Positions 35,701-44,589 of a stretch of 64,000 nt of DNA are shown piece by piece. Each line of letters begins with the position of its first letter. Positions within the stretch are counted from its first letter, which is position 1. The position numbers and the translations under genes are program-made. Source of the DNA: a virus; IMG/VR virus record IMGVR_UViG_3300027852_000002, positions 1 to 64,000 of that record; one strand, given 5' to 3'. The notes under the pieces were generated by a model that was given only the letters and a program-made list of their open reading frames with translations, was not told where the DNA came from and searched no databases.

Positions 35701-37038
35701 GAATACACGTAAAACAGGCAGTGCTTCCAATGCACCAGCTACAACTCCACCTCCTAGACTGACCAATGCTAGTTGGCGTAAAGACAGTGACCCACCAAAA
35801 ATACTTTCAGCAGGCTCAGGAATAGTTCCACGTTTATCACGTGCCTCGATCTGCTCACGAGTTAGCGGTGTTTTTGCGTATTGCGATGTGTACCCTGGAA
35901 GTGCGCCTTCTGCTCCACGCCCCTCGCGTTCGAGCTTATACAGATGCTCTTGCCCTTCGTACCGGGGGTGTACAACTCCGCGTCCAGATTTAAGAACAAG
36001 CTCACCGATTGATTCGTCGCTATCGGATAAGTACGTATCGTCGATTTGCCTGCCGAATCGATCAACTTTACCTGACGGGGATGTCGCAAGGATTTCCCCT
36101 TCTGTGAGTTCCCGTAAGTACTGCGCTGCTTCATCTTTCCCCTCCTGTCCGACATCAGCTGTGTTAATATGAGGAACGCGGATTCTATAAGGCGCAGAAC
36201 CATCTTCTGGCTGAAAGTCGAAAGTATCTCCGTCCACCCACTTAACGGCATATCCCTTCACACCGTTACGAGCATCAGTTATGCGTTCACCACGTTGGAT
36301 AGCTTCCCAACCAGCGCGTGTGGCAGGGTCAGTAACAAGAGCAGGCATGATGCCACCTGCTTCCAGCCCCATACCAGTGCCGATAGCTGTTTTGAAAGCA
36401 GTACGACGAATACCTTTACGACTTATCTCTTGAGCGGCAGTCCCAGCTAAACGACGAGTGGCTTCACGGCCAGCTACAGGAAGAGCGCCACGTTGCGCAG
36501 CAGATAGCGCCATGTCCTTGGTCATACGCTTCGCTTGCTTCTTTGCAGTAGTAGCGATGAGTTTCTTACTAATGGAGTGCGCAGCAGTCTTAGCAACTAC
36601 TCCACCAACACCACCACCGGCGATAATCGTAGCGAGGGAAGGAAGGGCTTCGCCCATCTTGGCAGCAACGAAAGATCCAGCATCTTCAAGACTTTCAATA
36701 TCTTCAAGAGTATTGATCTCAGGAGCTACAAAAGAAGCTGCTTCAAAATACTTCTGCGCTCGTTCTGCAGATTCGATAGCAGCATCATCAGCACCAACAA
36801 GTGCTTGAGCGGCACTCTTCACTCCATGATAGGCTCCAGCAGTACCTTCTAAACCAGAACGTAACCCACGTTTAAAAGAAGACTCAGTATCAGCGCTTCT
36901 TATTGGGCCCTCACCAAACTGCTGTACTGGTTCAGTTAGAGCATAAGGGTCATAGCGAGTATCTTCAGCTTCTTCGTAAGCTTTTTGTGAAGCCGCATAC
37001 TCATCCTCAAGCTGATGCTTGAAATCACGAATACCCAC
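29764..37038 (-). CDS. giant virion/ejection-type protein (2424 aa) with an SNase-like segment and a HEIGH zincin motif
   Basis: Single uninterrupted ORF. SNase-like VDGDT...YRIRV...GQEGKDEA...VDRFGRQ at aa ~258-360. HEIGH at aa 1375. Gly-rich hydrophobic stretch near aa 131-155. GTG start. Confidence 0.85.
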   Translation of the reverse strand: MGIRDFKHQLEDEYAASQKAYEEAEDTRYDPYALTEPVQQFGEGPIRSADTESSFKRGLRSGLEGTAGAYHGVKSAAQALVGADDAAIESAERAQKYFEAASFVAPEINTLEDIESLEDAGSFVAAKMGEALPSLATIIAGGGVGGVVAKTAAHSISKKLIATTAKKQAKRMTKDMALSAAQRGALPVAGREATRRLAGTAAQEISRKGIRRTAFKTAIGTGMGLEAGGIMPALVTDPATRAGWEAIQRGERITDARNGVKGYAVKWVDGDTFDFQPEDGSAPYRIRVPHINTADVGQEGKDEAAQYLRELTEGEILATSPSGKVDRFGRQIDDTYLSDSDESIGELVLKSGRGVVHPRYEGQEHLYKLEREGRGAEGALPGYTSQYAKTPLTREQIEARDKRGTIPEPAESIFGGSLSLRQLALVSLGGGVVAGALEALPVLRVFNKFGGKTVEELALKEIKNGVVKRMGKEALIQSVTEGSTEAMQEVISRTAMKVADQNKEILGEEGVSAIMNAFAAGAIAGGPFGALGGIPAPAGVDPKLTKIMGDLDKEIERQATLSEVDIQEMADDFSPEAAEAMGLDISQEVGEGVVPGSDEAFAHGMFAEEVNRIFEDSKPELSGEAIQIARGKRPAVAREMMQNAVRGIHRRLEQFGAIGQGAEVRTLLDKIRVQAEGAFETKLQQDEFVADYARGFFEKESSKLQRALGSIPDTMNAANVALSDAKAREDDISAVLEGSGFDITALSAEQTQALIRGHKTALYRNSKTLQGRIGRMKRSESPDKAELNKLSANLKSMNARRDMSDNDILIEAASAYRSRNAGQYNSQSVVDLENYINKTLPKRQQQLERKIANNTLDWNKLFDPKNPEKFLEHFLTLELDPRGKLFDSSQRVALSPRDLSTKLFQDKVVSQPLRQPRKAADLSKSQEGWLMDNIENPYYDPPKGVPKLKEHDIVGVRGDGKPVIINAMSLSQMMYQKEKGQKLQDIEGVVNSQERLQQVSDQLIAGLNSLRMHQDIQVDLDSIPDNVKQRIVVYKSGSAKLTLADVMTPSQSETAPGVYPFFSVLDIETGEVIERSLDTTQVQSLTDNPRYQVFDPSEIEQEPGAETGTPDAVPLAPIYRDERGDPVREIKEERFEKRKNKGERVDEDTAASKRMNSRHEKVKDLRDKVDSMSNQAAYEAFLKLMPDAKRRIMPLKKHQIKKELAQEVRKLRQEITKLEQAEGAGPTMRGAETAVRGFEGQKPVGKRTQAKQRDSGAKVEPLDDALKRITEAGTKKGVRKPREPLTIRELIKAEDTTTHQKMQEFADRIVEKMGLDVNIKILTLEEALKVAPHKKDRIERNLAHGFHATKGKTSYIFVHPHPDLTAVERFEILSHEIGHAVFGHFMRNADNATKQAMNKAYQTWVKKHGRTDLHTAVEGKKPFFYAMNRMERGHNIDIQEMSEEQQEYLVGSETGYTEWFADNVARWMEMNKRPRSLVDKFFKEVADAIKAAFAQMKKEGYMPNRKVAGYLNSLWDNKSNTTVETVAKMKEVAEETKAPDKATKVLDRVAKRVRAHVGKDVDPQEALMAASMLDNNDFQGNQQAVRDALYTLLNAEERGILSRAFTSFPVMRQLERELAGTPGAVDRIRNNPDEAVAYGYALLREGRIKLGPQANGVFAKLLFRIREILGIVTKYDQAGDILKVLQDQQLRLRKEANPAMTLHRPKQLTQNKLQYATAQVRNVLETVGDPVQKILGQGYANLVGMGNPHVRLIVQQFQRVYGYGGIKETWHEGVRRMSGKFEEHIQEIVNQYGSTDYAEQIIDGLQRGQLSEDPEIRRAQQAIQKVMRLVRAYAKRNGVEIGSRGPDYFPRNYDIDTIQQDPEGFKQLIIQYAPDDFYRMRVTYDPATGKRTQQENPAMQGVEITDEMKQRKADAIYAAIVRNNGEGDLDFMSERIMHRPYMGAQELRTLNFLDDHRDELAPFLQKDLGATLYQYVNQSVKRAEFVKRFGKNGEKMEEMYQKARSHGATPAQMEQLQKFTDAQMGVLGADIDPKLQKAMGAMIVYQNMRLLSTALFSSLVDPLGIAVRSGDMRIAWHAYKAGWEEIKAKVKDDKTATRELAETLGTIEMHTTNEALQWQYGGTYLTGGLQRMNEWFFNITMLTQFTRFTRVMGVAGATEFLKSHSQNPTEHSARYLDELGLREGDLQFTDDGNVKVMSYQEYADLLAERDVLTERKFQGEDIGDAITQLDARIEREDRVQSAINRWVDGAILRPTAATRPTWASDPKWMLVFHMKGFMYSFYDTIIRRGYHEAAQQNDWRPAMMMGMYIPGMMMAEVARDALQHMLGDDPHKEGWEVEDHAWYAFERSGLLGVGEIAVNADQDMKHGKFPMESVLGPTAEWSIQGLRALAGGKEEATKRWLSHSLPFQNTLRPWAERMEELYEE

Positions 37039-37040
37039 GA

Positions 37041-38414
37041 TTATCGCCTTTTCTTCTTACTTACGTTTTTAAGTCGATCTAGGTTACCACTACTTTGTAA
37101 AGCTTTAATAGCTTCGATATCTTCTGGTTTAAAATCATCAGTGCTTACAGATTCTCCCTGTAAATCAAAGGTTACTGGGGCTTTACCTTCAGCTTTCAAC
37201 AAAGCTTGCGATATCTTATCAACAGCCCCTACCATCTGCTGCATAGAACCTTTCCCGAGCGGAGCATTTTCCCCAAACCCAAGAGCGGTATACCAAGGAG
37301 CATCCTGGAAAGATTTTGATAAGGAGCCAAAAATACCTATCGCGTGTTTTGCAGCCGCAGCATCATCTGAATTCTTAGACGTTAGTGCAGGGCTCCACGC
37401 ATTAGACATTCGTTCCCCAAAACGCGTATCTGGGTTCCCGTCTTTATCCATCTGCATATTCGCGATATCTTCAGAATGTGCTTGGAAAGCTGCTCGCTTA
37501 TCATCTTCTATCGCTCTACCTTCTCTAAACTGTCTTTCTTTTACACTTTCCCCAAGTTGAGCCAACTTAATCCGATCTCCAACATCCATCTGCCCTGCAG
37601 CATTCGCTTCTGCAGCAGTTTTTTCGCGAGCGGTCTGCTGCGTCATCCGAGCTTGCTCCATTCTCATATCCTGTCCACGTATACCACGTCCATGTTCGAG
37701 CGCAGTTTTCTCACGGCCAGCTTCAGTCCTATCCGCCGCAGTAATAGCTGAACGCTGAGCCTTAGTTATCCCACGTGCGCCAGCTACAGGCTGAATTGCG
37801 TTATTGTGTACACGTTGGTTACGTGCTTCCAGCTCCTGCCGCCACCGCGAAGGTGCCTGTTTCGCAGTTTGCCAAGGAGCATAAGCTTGGTGGTCAGTCT
37901 TAGGACCAGTAGTACCCCTAATTCGCCGCAGTGCTGCAAGTTGTTCTTCTGGATCACGTCTTGACTGTACAGGTGATGGCACACTACCAACACCATCACG
38001 TATACCTCTACCTTGGTCTAAAGCTTGCCCTGTAGCGCGGTTAGTAAAATATGGTACAGAGGCTTGTGGTCTACCTTCGGCGTCTTCAATATTCTGTCTG
38101 CCGTGATAAATACCGCCTCCTTTCTCACGAAGACTCACAACATTTTTATCTACAGCTCTAACTGGAGTATCTTCGGGCTGGCTGGGAGCTCCAACATTAG
38201 ACTCTGTCTTAGTTTCTGCCTTAGTTTCTGCCTTAGTTTTCGCCTGTGCTACAGAATTAGTACGCTTCTCAGCTATCTGTTTTACAATTTGATCTGGAGT
38301 TAGCTCTGCTGTTTTAGCAAATGCAGATGGTTTACCTCGTTCTAAAGGCACTCCTCGCCGCACTTCAAAACTACTAGGCTTTAGTTTACGCTTTTTCTCT
38401 CTCATACCAGCCAT
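37041..38414 (-). CDS. virion-associated (internal-protein-like) protein, low complexity
   Basis: 457 aa, rich in K, R, A and Q. AAGAGGAG upstream. Contains an (AETK)x3 tandem repeat. Confidence 0.7.
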   Translation of the reverse strand: MAGMREKKRKLKPSSFEVRRGVPLERGKPSAFAKTAELTPDQIVKQIAEKRTNSVAQAKTKAETKAETKTESNVGAPSQPEDTPVRAVDKNVVSLREKGGGIYHGRQNIEDAEGRPQASVPYFTNRATGQALDQGRGIRDGVGSVPSPVQSRRDPEEQLAALRRIRGTTGPKTDHQAYAPWQTAKQAPSRWRQELEARNQRVHNNAIQPVAGARGITKAQRSAITAADRTEAGREKTALEHGRGIRGQDMRMEQARMTQQTAREKTAAEANAAGQMDVGDRIKLAQLGESVKERQFREGRAIEDDKRAAFQAHSEDIANMQMDKDGNPDTRFGERMSNAWSPALTSKNSDDAAAAKHAIGIFGSLSKSFQDAPWYTALGFGENAPLGKGSMQQMVGAVDKISQALLKAEGKAPVTFDLQGESVSTDDFKPEDIEAIKALQSSGNLDRLKNVSKKKRR

Positions 38415-38426
38415 GCCAGACTCCTC

Positions 38427-40292
38427 TTAATAATCGTAGTTATGGTTTATGTTCGTACTATGATCCGTCGAACTAGACCCAGAAATAGCACCGCTGAGAC
38501 TTACAGCACTCAGTGCCGCCTGTGCTAGACCAGATGATACTGTAGCTCCAGATTTCAGAGCTTCCATAACCAGTTGTAATGCATTAATTGAACGCTGAAT
38601 GTTCACTTCAGCTGCCTTCATTTCCAGGTTAGCTTGGGTAGAAGCTACCTGGACCTTAATATTCTGTTCAGTGGCCTCTGCTTCTATCTGTGCTTGTTGA
38701 GCCCCTAATTCAGCAGAGAACCCTTTAATTTGAGCATCGAACGAAGTTGATTCAGCTTGAATCCTGGAAACCTCGGCTTGGGTCTGTGTACTAAACGCCT
38801 GGAGTTTACCGAGGTACATTCTAAGTGTAGCTTCATTGACCTCAATATCACTACGATTTACAGCCACCAAAGCATCCACATAAGCACGATACCCATTAAT
38901 ACGCCCATTATAAGCATTTACATCTCCTTCATATAAGCGGATCTTAGCCAGCTCTCCTTCAACCTGAGCTTGATATCCCTGGAACTCAGTAGCCTTGGCT
39001 TCAACCCTGGCCTTATACGCATCTACCCCACTGCGGTACGCTTCCAGAGCCAGTTTCTGAACATCTGCTTCAATAGCCGACGCCTGCATCTCAGTCTTAT
39101 AGACCTCCACAATGGTCTGCACAGCTGTCAGAGCGCTCTTATATGCTTCCAGCTCCTGTAGATTCATCTCTCCAATCAGTTTCTGAGCAGCCAGTTCTGA
39201 TTCGAATATCTGGAGCTTCGCCAGCTCACCCTCTATCCGAGTCTTAAAGACGCCAGCAGCAGCCTGATAAGCTGAGACTTGAGCATTATAAAGCTGAATC
39301 TTACCATTAAAAATCTGAATAGAAGCGTTCAGAATCGTAGTTTGCACTTCCAACGCCCGTTGGGCTATGGAATTAGAGTAGTTCATCAGCTGAGTTTCGC
39401 TCTGAAGCGCAGTTGTAAGAGCGAACTGGAGCTGCTGTAGAGCTCTCTCAGCTTGATTGATGTACACCTCTCTGGAAAGGGTCACATCCTTATTGATTAC
39501 TTCCTGTTCAGCTTCCTGTAATCTGGAAGCCAGTGCTCCAGGGGGTAAACTAAAGCCTCGCGCAGCGAATTCCTCAACCGCAGCTTTACGTCCCCTCTCT
39601 CCCTCAGCATGCTCACGAGAGCGTGCGCGGTCCCACAACTGCGTTTCTACAGCCTGGGGAAGCCCTGCAGTACCATTCTGGATATCATCCAGCAGTTTAT
39701 CGTTGATCTCAGTCAACATCGTACTAGAATACAGAGACTCGCTAAAGATAAGCTGTGCTTCCGGCGATACCAGTGATTCCGTCGGCATTGTATCGGTGAA
39801 AGTCGGCAGAGTAATAGTAGGGGCGTCAGGCAGCTCCAACTCACGCAATGTCGGCGTAGTGGGGATATCATACGTAGGCGACCCTGGAATAGACGGTGTA
39901 GTATAATCCGGCGCATCTCCAGGAGGAGTCACAGACAAAGGTGTCGGTGCTACCGGTAGAGTGATATCGGGGTAGAGCGAAATAAATTCCGGGATCACAG
40001 GAGGCGAAATCGCCCCTACAGGAGCCAGTGTAGGTGCGGTCGGTACAGTAGGTGCGGAGAACTCAAAGTTCTCAGGTACAGGGACATCAGGTATAACGAT
40101 ATCGCCGATTTCACCATCGGGAAACACCGTAGCAATATCTACCTGCGGGATATCAGTGATCAGATCCGGATCGATAGTAGCTTGAAGCGTAGCCAAATAA
40201 TCTTCCGCTGAACTAAAAGCACTTGTAGCGTATGATCTGGCAACAGACCATCCATCAGTAACAAGCTCACAAGGACTTGAGCAATCCGCCAT
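38427..40292 (-). CDS. structural protein with Pro/Thr-rich N-terminus and long Ala/Gln/Glu coiled coil
   Basis: 621-aa ORF with a TAATG junction to the upstream gene. Confidence 0.7.
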   Translation of the reverse strand: MADCSSPCELVTDGWSVARSYATSAFSSAEDYLATLQATIDPDLITDIPQVDIATVFPDGEIGDIVIPDVPVPENFEFSAPTVPTAPTLAPVGAISPPVIPEFISLYPDITLPVAPTPLSVTPPGDAPDYTTPSIPGSPTYDIPTTPTLRELELPDAPTITLPTFTDTMPTESLVSPEAQLIFSESLYSSTMLTEINDKLLDDIQNGTAGLPQAVETQLWDRARSREHAEGERGRKAAVEEFAARGFSLPPGALASRLQEAEQEVINKDVTLSREVYINQAERALQQLQFALTTALQSETQLMNYSNSIAQRALEVQTTILNASIQIFNGKIQLYNAQVSAYQAAAGVFKTRIEGELAKLQIFESELAAQKLIGEMNLQELEAYKSALTAVQTIVEVYKTEMQASAIEADVQKLALEAYRSGVDAYKARVEAKATEFQGYQAQVEGELAKIRLYEGDVNAYNGRINGYRAYVDALVAVNRSDIEVNEATLRMYLGKLQAFSTQTQAEVSRIQAESTSFDAQIKGFSAELGAQQAQIEAEATEQNIKVQVASTQANLEMKAAEVNIQRSINALQLVMEALKSGATVSSGLAQAALSAVSLSGAISGSSSTDHSTNINHNYDY

Positions 40293-41428
40293 TATCGTAC
40301 CCTCCTGGAAAGAATAACTGGATAGAATTGGATATCTTCCAACTCTTCTATAGTCTCCCCATCTAAATTCGTAAGTTCAAACTGCCAATACCGGCTTTTC
40401 ACTCCGCGTCCTAACTTAGCTCGTAGAGTATCAAGTCCAGTGTTAGGTGTATCTGATTCATACCACCGTTCTATGCCGTTGCCAGTGATCGTCTTAACCA
40501 ACACTTTTCCGCTGGTCGATACCCCCATATACATCTGTTCTACCCTACTCTGATGTCCCTTTCCTACATCCATCTTACCAGTACGGATGAGAAACTCAAT
40601 CGGCACGCTATCATCATCAGTACCTTCTAGCTTATACAGACCGTTTGGCCCAGCAGCAAAGTAAGTACTTCCGATCCGAGCAAAAGAGTTAAATTCATAG
40701 TTGAGATACTCAGTAACACCTGCGTTCGCAGTATTCATTACCCAAGCACTATAAACTTCTTCACCATCACTGAACGCGATGGCAAAAGTCATTGTATCAC
40801 TAACCAGTGCTTGGTAGATGCCCTGAGATTCAGCAGTATCATCCAACGCAATTGCGTCTTCTACTATCCCAAATACAGCGATATAAGGCGTTACGGTATC
40901 CTGTAGAATAAGATCTTCAGATACTGTCTCATAAGCGTTGAGGTTAAGCTCTTCACTAGCTACCAAATTTATAACTTCTGCTACCGCTGCTTCGAAGCTG
41001 TAGCCCTGCGTAGCGACTAAGTCCATAATCTCAGAAACAACACTATGTACAGTGGCTGCAGAAACAGCTACATCATGAAACTGGCAAATATCGCGTATAA
41101 GAATTACTGCTCCGCGAAACTGCTCCACAGTAGTATCAAACGTAATAGTGTCTGAAACTATTAATTCCCAAGCTATACGGATTGCAGTACTAAAAACGAA
41201 TTGCTCAGAAACTATAGCGTTCTGAGTGCTATTAGAATCTATAGTTGAATTCAACAACAGCGTTTCTTGTACCGTTTTACCGTAAGCAGACGCTATCGAA
41301 GGATCGAATTCAATTGTCTCCTCAATAGTTTCATACGCTATCAGTTGTGGGCGATACCAAATCCCAAACGCCTGTGCCTGCTGTATAGGCACAGGAGGTA
41401 CTGGAAAAATGCAGCTTGGTTGGTACAT
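40292..41428 (-). CDS. virion structural protein (function unassigned)
   Basis: 378-aa ORF in the structural operon. Confidence 0.7.
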   Translation of the reverse strand: MYQPSCIFPVPPVPIQQAQAFGIWYRPQLIAYETIEETIEFDPSIASAYGKTVQETLLLNSTIDSNSTQNAIVSEQFVFSTAIRIAWELIVSDTITFDTTVEQFRGAVILIRDICQFHDVAVSAATVHSVVSEIMDLVATQGYSFEAAVAEVINLVASEELNLNAYETVSEDLILQDTVTPYIAVFGIVEDAIALDDTAESQGIYQALVSDTMTFAIAFSDGEEVYSAWVMNTANAGVTEYLNYEFNSFARIGSTYFAAGPNGLYKLEGTDDDSVPIEFLIRTGKMDVGKGHQSRVEQMYMGVSTSGKVLVKTITGNGIERWYESDTPNTGLDTLRAKLGRGVKSRYWQFELTNLDGETIEELEDIQFYPVILSRRVR

Positions 41429-41429
41429 A

Positions 41430-41879
41430 TTATTCTTCCCAAACGATCTCAGCTATACAGTTTACTGCAGCGGGGGAAGTAACCTGGATACCAATATACC
41501 CCGCACCTGGTACTTCAATCTCTGTTCCTGGATAGAACAAGTGCCGTAAACCGAATTGAACATGAGCTTCAAACGCCATAATAACAGTAGTTCCAGCAGG
41601 CTCTACAGTCGCGGTGTGTTGCGCTGTTGCCTGCGCTGTCTCTGGAGCTCCGTTCCTCTTCTGCGGCGTAAGAGAGGTCATAGTACCTGCTCCAGTCTGT
41701 CGAAGTATCTGCACTACCGCTGGTGCATCGGTACCACCCGGAGCCCCATCAAAAGATACATTGATCTCTTTGATCTTAAGCCTCTGGTTCGTCGGTGCCT
41801 TTACCTGCAGAACAGTTACTGCTGTAGCTATTCCACACGCAACTTCTGCTGTTGATGCGCTTACTAATACTCCACTCAT
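41430..41879 (-). CDS. virion structural protein (function unassigned)
   Basis: 149-aa ORF with AGGAGAG upstream. Confidence 0.7.
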   Translation of the reverse strand: MSGVLVSASTAEVACGIATAVTVLQVKAPTNQRLKIKEINVSFDGAPGGTDAPAVVQILRQTGAGTMTSLTPQKRNGAPETAQATAQHTATVEPAGTTVIMAFEAHVQFGLRHLFYPGTEIEVPGAGYIGIQVTSPAAVNCIAEIVWEE

Positions 41880-41894
41880 TTCATCTCTCCTAAG

Positions 41895-44045
41895 TTAAAT
41901 TGGGGTTGAGGTTTTAGGAATCCCAACCCATGCATTTATATTCCCAGCAGTATTTGGATACTCTTCATGACTGCCTTCCATAACAGCTTCATCCATATCT
42001 GGTGAGTACAAGTTTAAATCCGAAATCCTATCGTTAATAGCCCAAAGCCTCTTTGTATCATAAGCAAGAACTAACCATTTATTACCATAGTCTGGAATTT
42101 TTATAGAATCACCATAATCACTAGTATAAGTTTCGGACTCACTAAAGATTTCAAGATCAGTATGCCCAGCCCGATATAGCATCAAAGTGTGGGTATGGTT
42201 TTTCTCGGTATATGTATCTGTATCCTGGTCAAAGTACACTCCAGCTAATCCCGCACCAGTAGGATCACCACACCAGCCTGTCTTGTTGAACGGCCATGGT
42301 CCACCAACACAATCGAAAGTTACTGTATACGGCTCAAATGTATCATCCCACTCCTTTAATTGATTCGATACATTTACACTCTCCGATATTGAATCTACAA
42401 GTGGCTTAGGGGTGTAACTAATTTGCTCTCGATAAGTTGTGCCATCACAAGAAAAAGACTTAAAACCAGCCCCCGAGCATGGATCGACCTCTACCTGCAC
42501 TGACCGACTCGCCATTGTAGCCCATTCGGAATTCCACCCTGTAGTTGTCTGGTAGAAGTTCCACTCTTTAGATAGTGATGAATAAGCATATGTATACACA
42601 GCTTCCCGCTCACCATTAGGTATTGCCGCACACCTCACATGCTGTGCATCGTATGATGTATAGTTATGCCAAAAAGCTTCTAACCATATTCGCTGCGGCA
42701 TCAGCGTGTCTGCACCACTACTCCGGTCATATAGTGTTGGCTCGTTTACAATTTCCCCTACTAGAGTTTTTTCTACTCCAAGGAAGTAATCATTCACTCC
42801 CTGAGACTCTGTGTTCATATACAGACCCGCTTCAGTCCCTACTGTCTCGGTCCCATCACGCCCAGAAAAGGTGCCAGGAGTGCCGTATAAAAAACCCTGG
42901 GTACCGACCTTGCCACCGCTATACCAAGGAATAAATACATCGTCCTCCACACTAGTAGCGACACCACCAGTTTCATTTATAAAGCTTAATATCCTCAGAT
43001 CATCACCATCATAAAACACATAGATGGGAATATCCCCTGTATCACCAGCCTGAGTTTCTAAATCAAAGTCAGTCATCAATCCACTACCAGCAGGTATCCA
43101 TAGAGTTTTATAGCTCCTCTCTGCTTTTGGCCTTCCGTTACTAATCTCAGACATTGATGCTGCAATAGGATCACCGGTTTCTGGATCAGAGGTGATGTTT
43201 ATACGGTAATGATGAAATCTAATATTATAAGTATCTTCTCCTGCCCAGCAAGTATTATCAGCAGCGGTACCATCTGTATTAAAAGCCCAACCACATTTAT
43301 AAAAAAGTGGATATCTAATATAGAAATCATTAACAACGCCTGCTGAAGCTAACGTTGTCCATCCACTGGATAAAGACTCTTCTTTAATAGGGATGGGGAT
43401 ACCACCTAACAAGGTAGTAAGAATAGCGCCATCCGCATCCACACCTTCAAATCCATATCCTTCTTCACAAAGCTGTAGCTTCTTAGTTTCTATCCCAACA
43501 GCACTGATCCTAATAATCCATGGCACCGGCGCATCTGGATCTTTCCTATTGATAAAAATACCATGCGTTTTATACCACGTTGGACTAAAAGGAATTTCCC
43601 CTGCTACACCCAACAAAAATTGAGCAACTTTAGCCATAGTCCCAGAAAACTCACTAGGAACGCGTGACATGTCTCCTTCTGTAAACAGAAACTTCGGTTC
43701 GCCTTCATCGTTATAGAAAGCGTCCTGTCCTGGTTTCTCTGTAAAGTTTTCAAATCCAGTGCCAAGAAGTAACCCGTTAAGATACCCAAGACATACTTCT
43801 TCTTCTTCCTTTATATCCGGTGCTACATAAATACGACATTCGTCCATCCCGCTATAATGAAGGCACTCTATATTTACACCTTCTACGGGTTTAAAAAGAT
43901 GTTGCGCATGCTGGCGATTATCCCGGTTAGCTTGCGCTATGAGCCCACCAAGCAACCCACGGGCGAAGCCTGTGAGCCGCTTGGCTTTTTCTTCATCCCC
44001 AGAAAACCGGAAACGAACTGGACCATGATGTCGCAACCTGGTCAT
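41895..44045 (-). CDS. large tail/structural protein (function unassigned)
   Basis: 716-aa ORF in the structural operon. Confidence 0.75.
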   Translation of the reverse strand: MTRLRHHGPVRFRFSGDEEKAKRLTGFARGLLGGLIAQANRDNRQHAQHLFKPVEGVNIECLHYSGMDECRIYVAPDIKEEEEVCLGYLNGLLLGTGFENFTEKPGQDAFYNDEGEPKFLFTEGDMSRVPSEFSGTMAKVAQFLLGVAGEIPFSPTWYKTHGIFINRKDPDAPVPWIIRISAVGIETKKLQLCEEGYGFEGVDADGAILTTLLGGIPIPIKEESLSSGWTTLASAGVVNDFYIRYPLFYKCGWAFNTDGTAADNTCWAGEDTYNIRFHHYRINITSDPETGDPIAASMSEISNGRPKAERSYKTLWIPAGSGLMTDFDLETQAGDTGDIPIYVFYDGDDLRILSFINETGGVATSVEDDVFIPWYSGGKVGTQGFLYGTPGTFSGRDGTETVGTEAGLYMNTESQGVNDYFLGVEKTLVGEIVNEPTLYDRSSGADTLMPQRIWLEAFWHNYTSYDAQHVRCAAIPNGEREAVYTYAYSSLSKEWNFYQTTTGWNSEWATMASRSVQVEVDPCSGAGFKSFSCDGTTYREQISYTPKPLVDSISESVNVSNQLKEWDDTFEPYTVTFDCVGGPWPFNKTGWCGDPTGAGLAGVYFDQDTDTYTEKNHTHTLMLYRAGHTDLEIFSESETYTSDYGDSIKIPDYGNKWLVLAYDTKRLWAINDRISDLNLYSPDMDEAVMEGSHEEYPNTAGNINAWVGIPKTSTPI

Positions 44046-44048
44046 AGT

Positions 44049-44570
44049 TTAGGTGCTCTGAGCTTCGACCTCATAAGTGATGTATACATCATCATTATCC
44101 ATGAGGCCAGTACGTGCTGCGGCGAACAATCCAGCTGAGAACAAAGTACCAGTAGTACCGCCCTTCACATTGTTGGTACTCAAAAAAGCACCATAGATAT
44201 CAGAGCTATCCGTATCAATAGTAAACTGTGCTTTCGCTAAAACATTCGAAGCAGTCTGGGCAGTACGAGCACCGGACCAAGCAGGACGTGTTGCCGAGTT
44301 ATCATAATCAGTAAACTCGTTTGCTCCTGCTTCAGTCATAGTCCAACCAGCCAACGGGGTAGCATTACCCAGAAGGCCAACATACCAGTTAGCACTTTGA
44401 GAACCATTCAGCAAAGTGTCGTCAATCGCTTTCTGCAAGCCCGTATTAACGACCATATTTTGAATTAGTTCTTTGAACAATAGTTTTCCATCACGATACG
44501 CTTCTACATAGAAACGACCACCGACCTTAAATCTATCTTCAAGTTGCGACATATCCACCTTATTATCCAT
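44049..44570 (-). CDS. virion structural protein (function unassigned)
   Basis: 173-aa ORF with AGAGGG upstream. Confidence 0.7.
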   Translation of the reverse strand: MDNKVDMSQLEDRFKVGGRFYVEAYRDGKLLFKELIQNMVVNTGLQKAIDDTLLNGSQSANWYVGLLGNATPLAGWTMTEAGANEFTDYDNSATRPAWSGARTAQTASNVLAKAQFTIDTDSSDIYGAFLSTNNVKGGTTGTLFSAGLFAAARTGLMDNDDVYITYEVEAQST

Positions 44571-44589
44571 TTCGATACCCTCTTACTAG

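Noticed and set aside
29764-37038. Calling the giant ORF an N4-type virion RNA polymerase
   Set aside because: I could not find T7-like RNAP motifs A, B or C by eye, and it is about 1000 aa shorter than N4 vRNAP as I recall it. The idea is retained only as a hypothesis to test, not as an annotation.
29874-37560. Numerous + strand ORFs (e.g. 35558-36172 at 204 aa, 35230-35712, 37015-37560) opposite the giant gene and its neighbour
   Set aside because: They lie antisense within long, well-supported - strand genes, have low-complexity Ser/Pro/Leu/Cys-rich translations and no SD. They are typical shadow ORFs.
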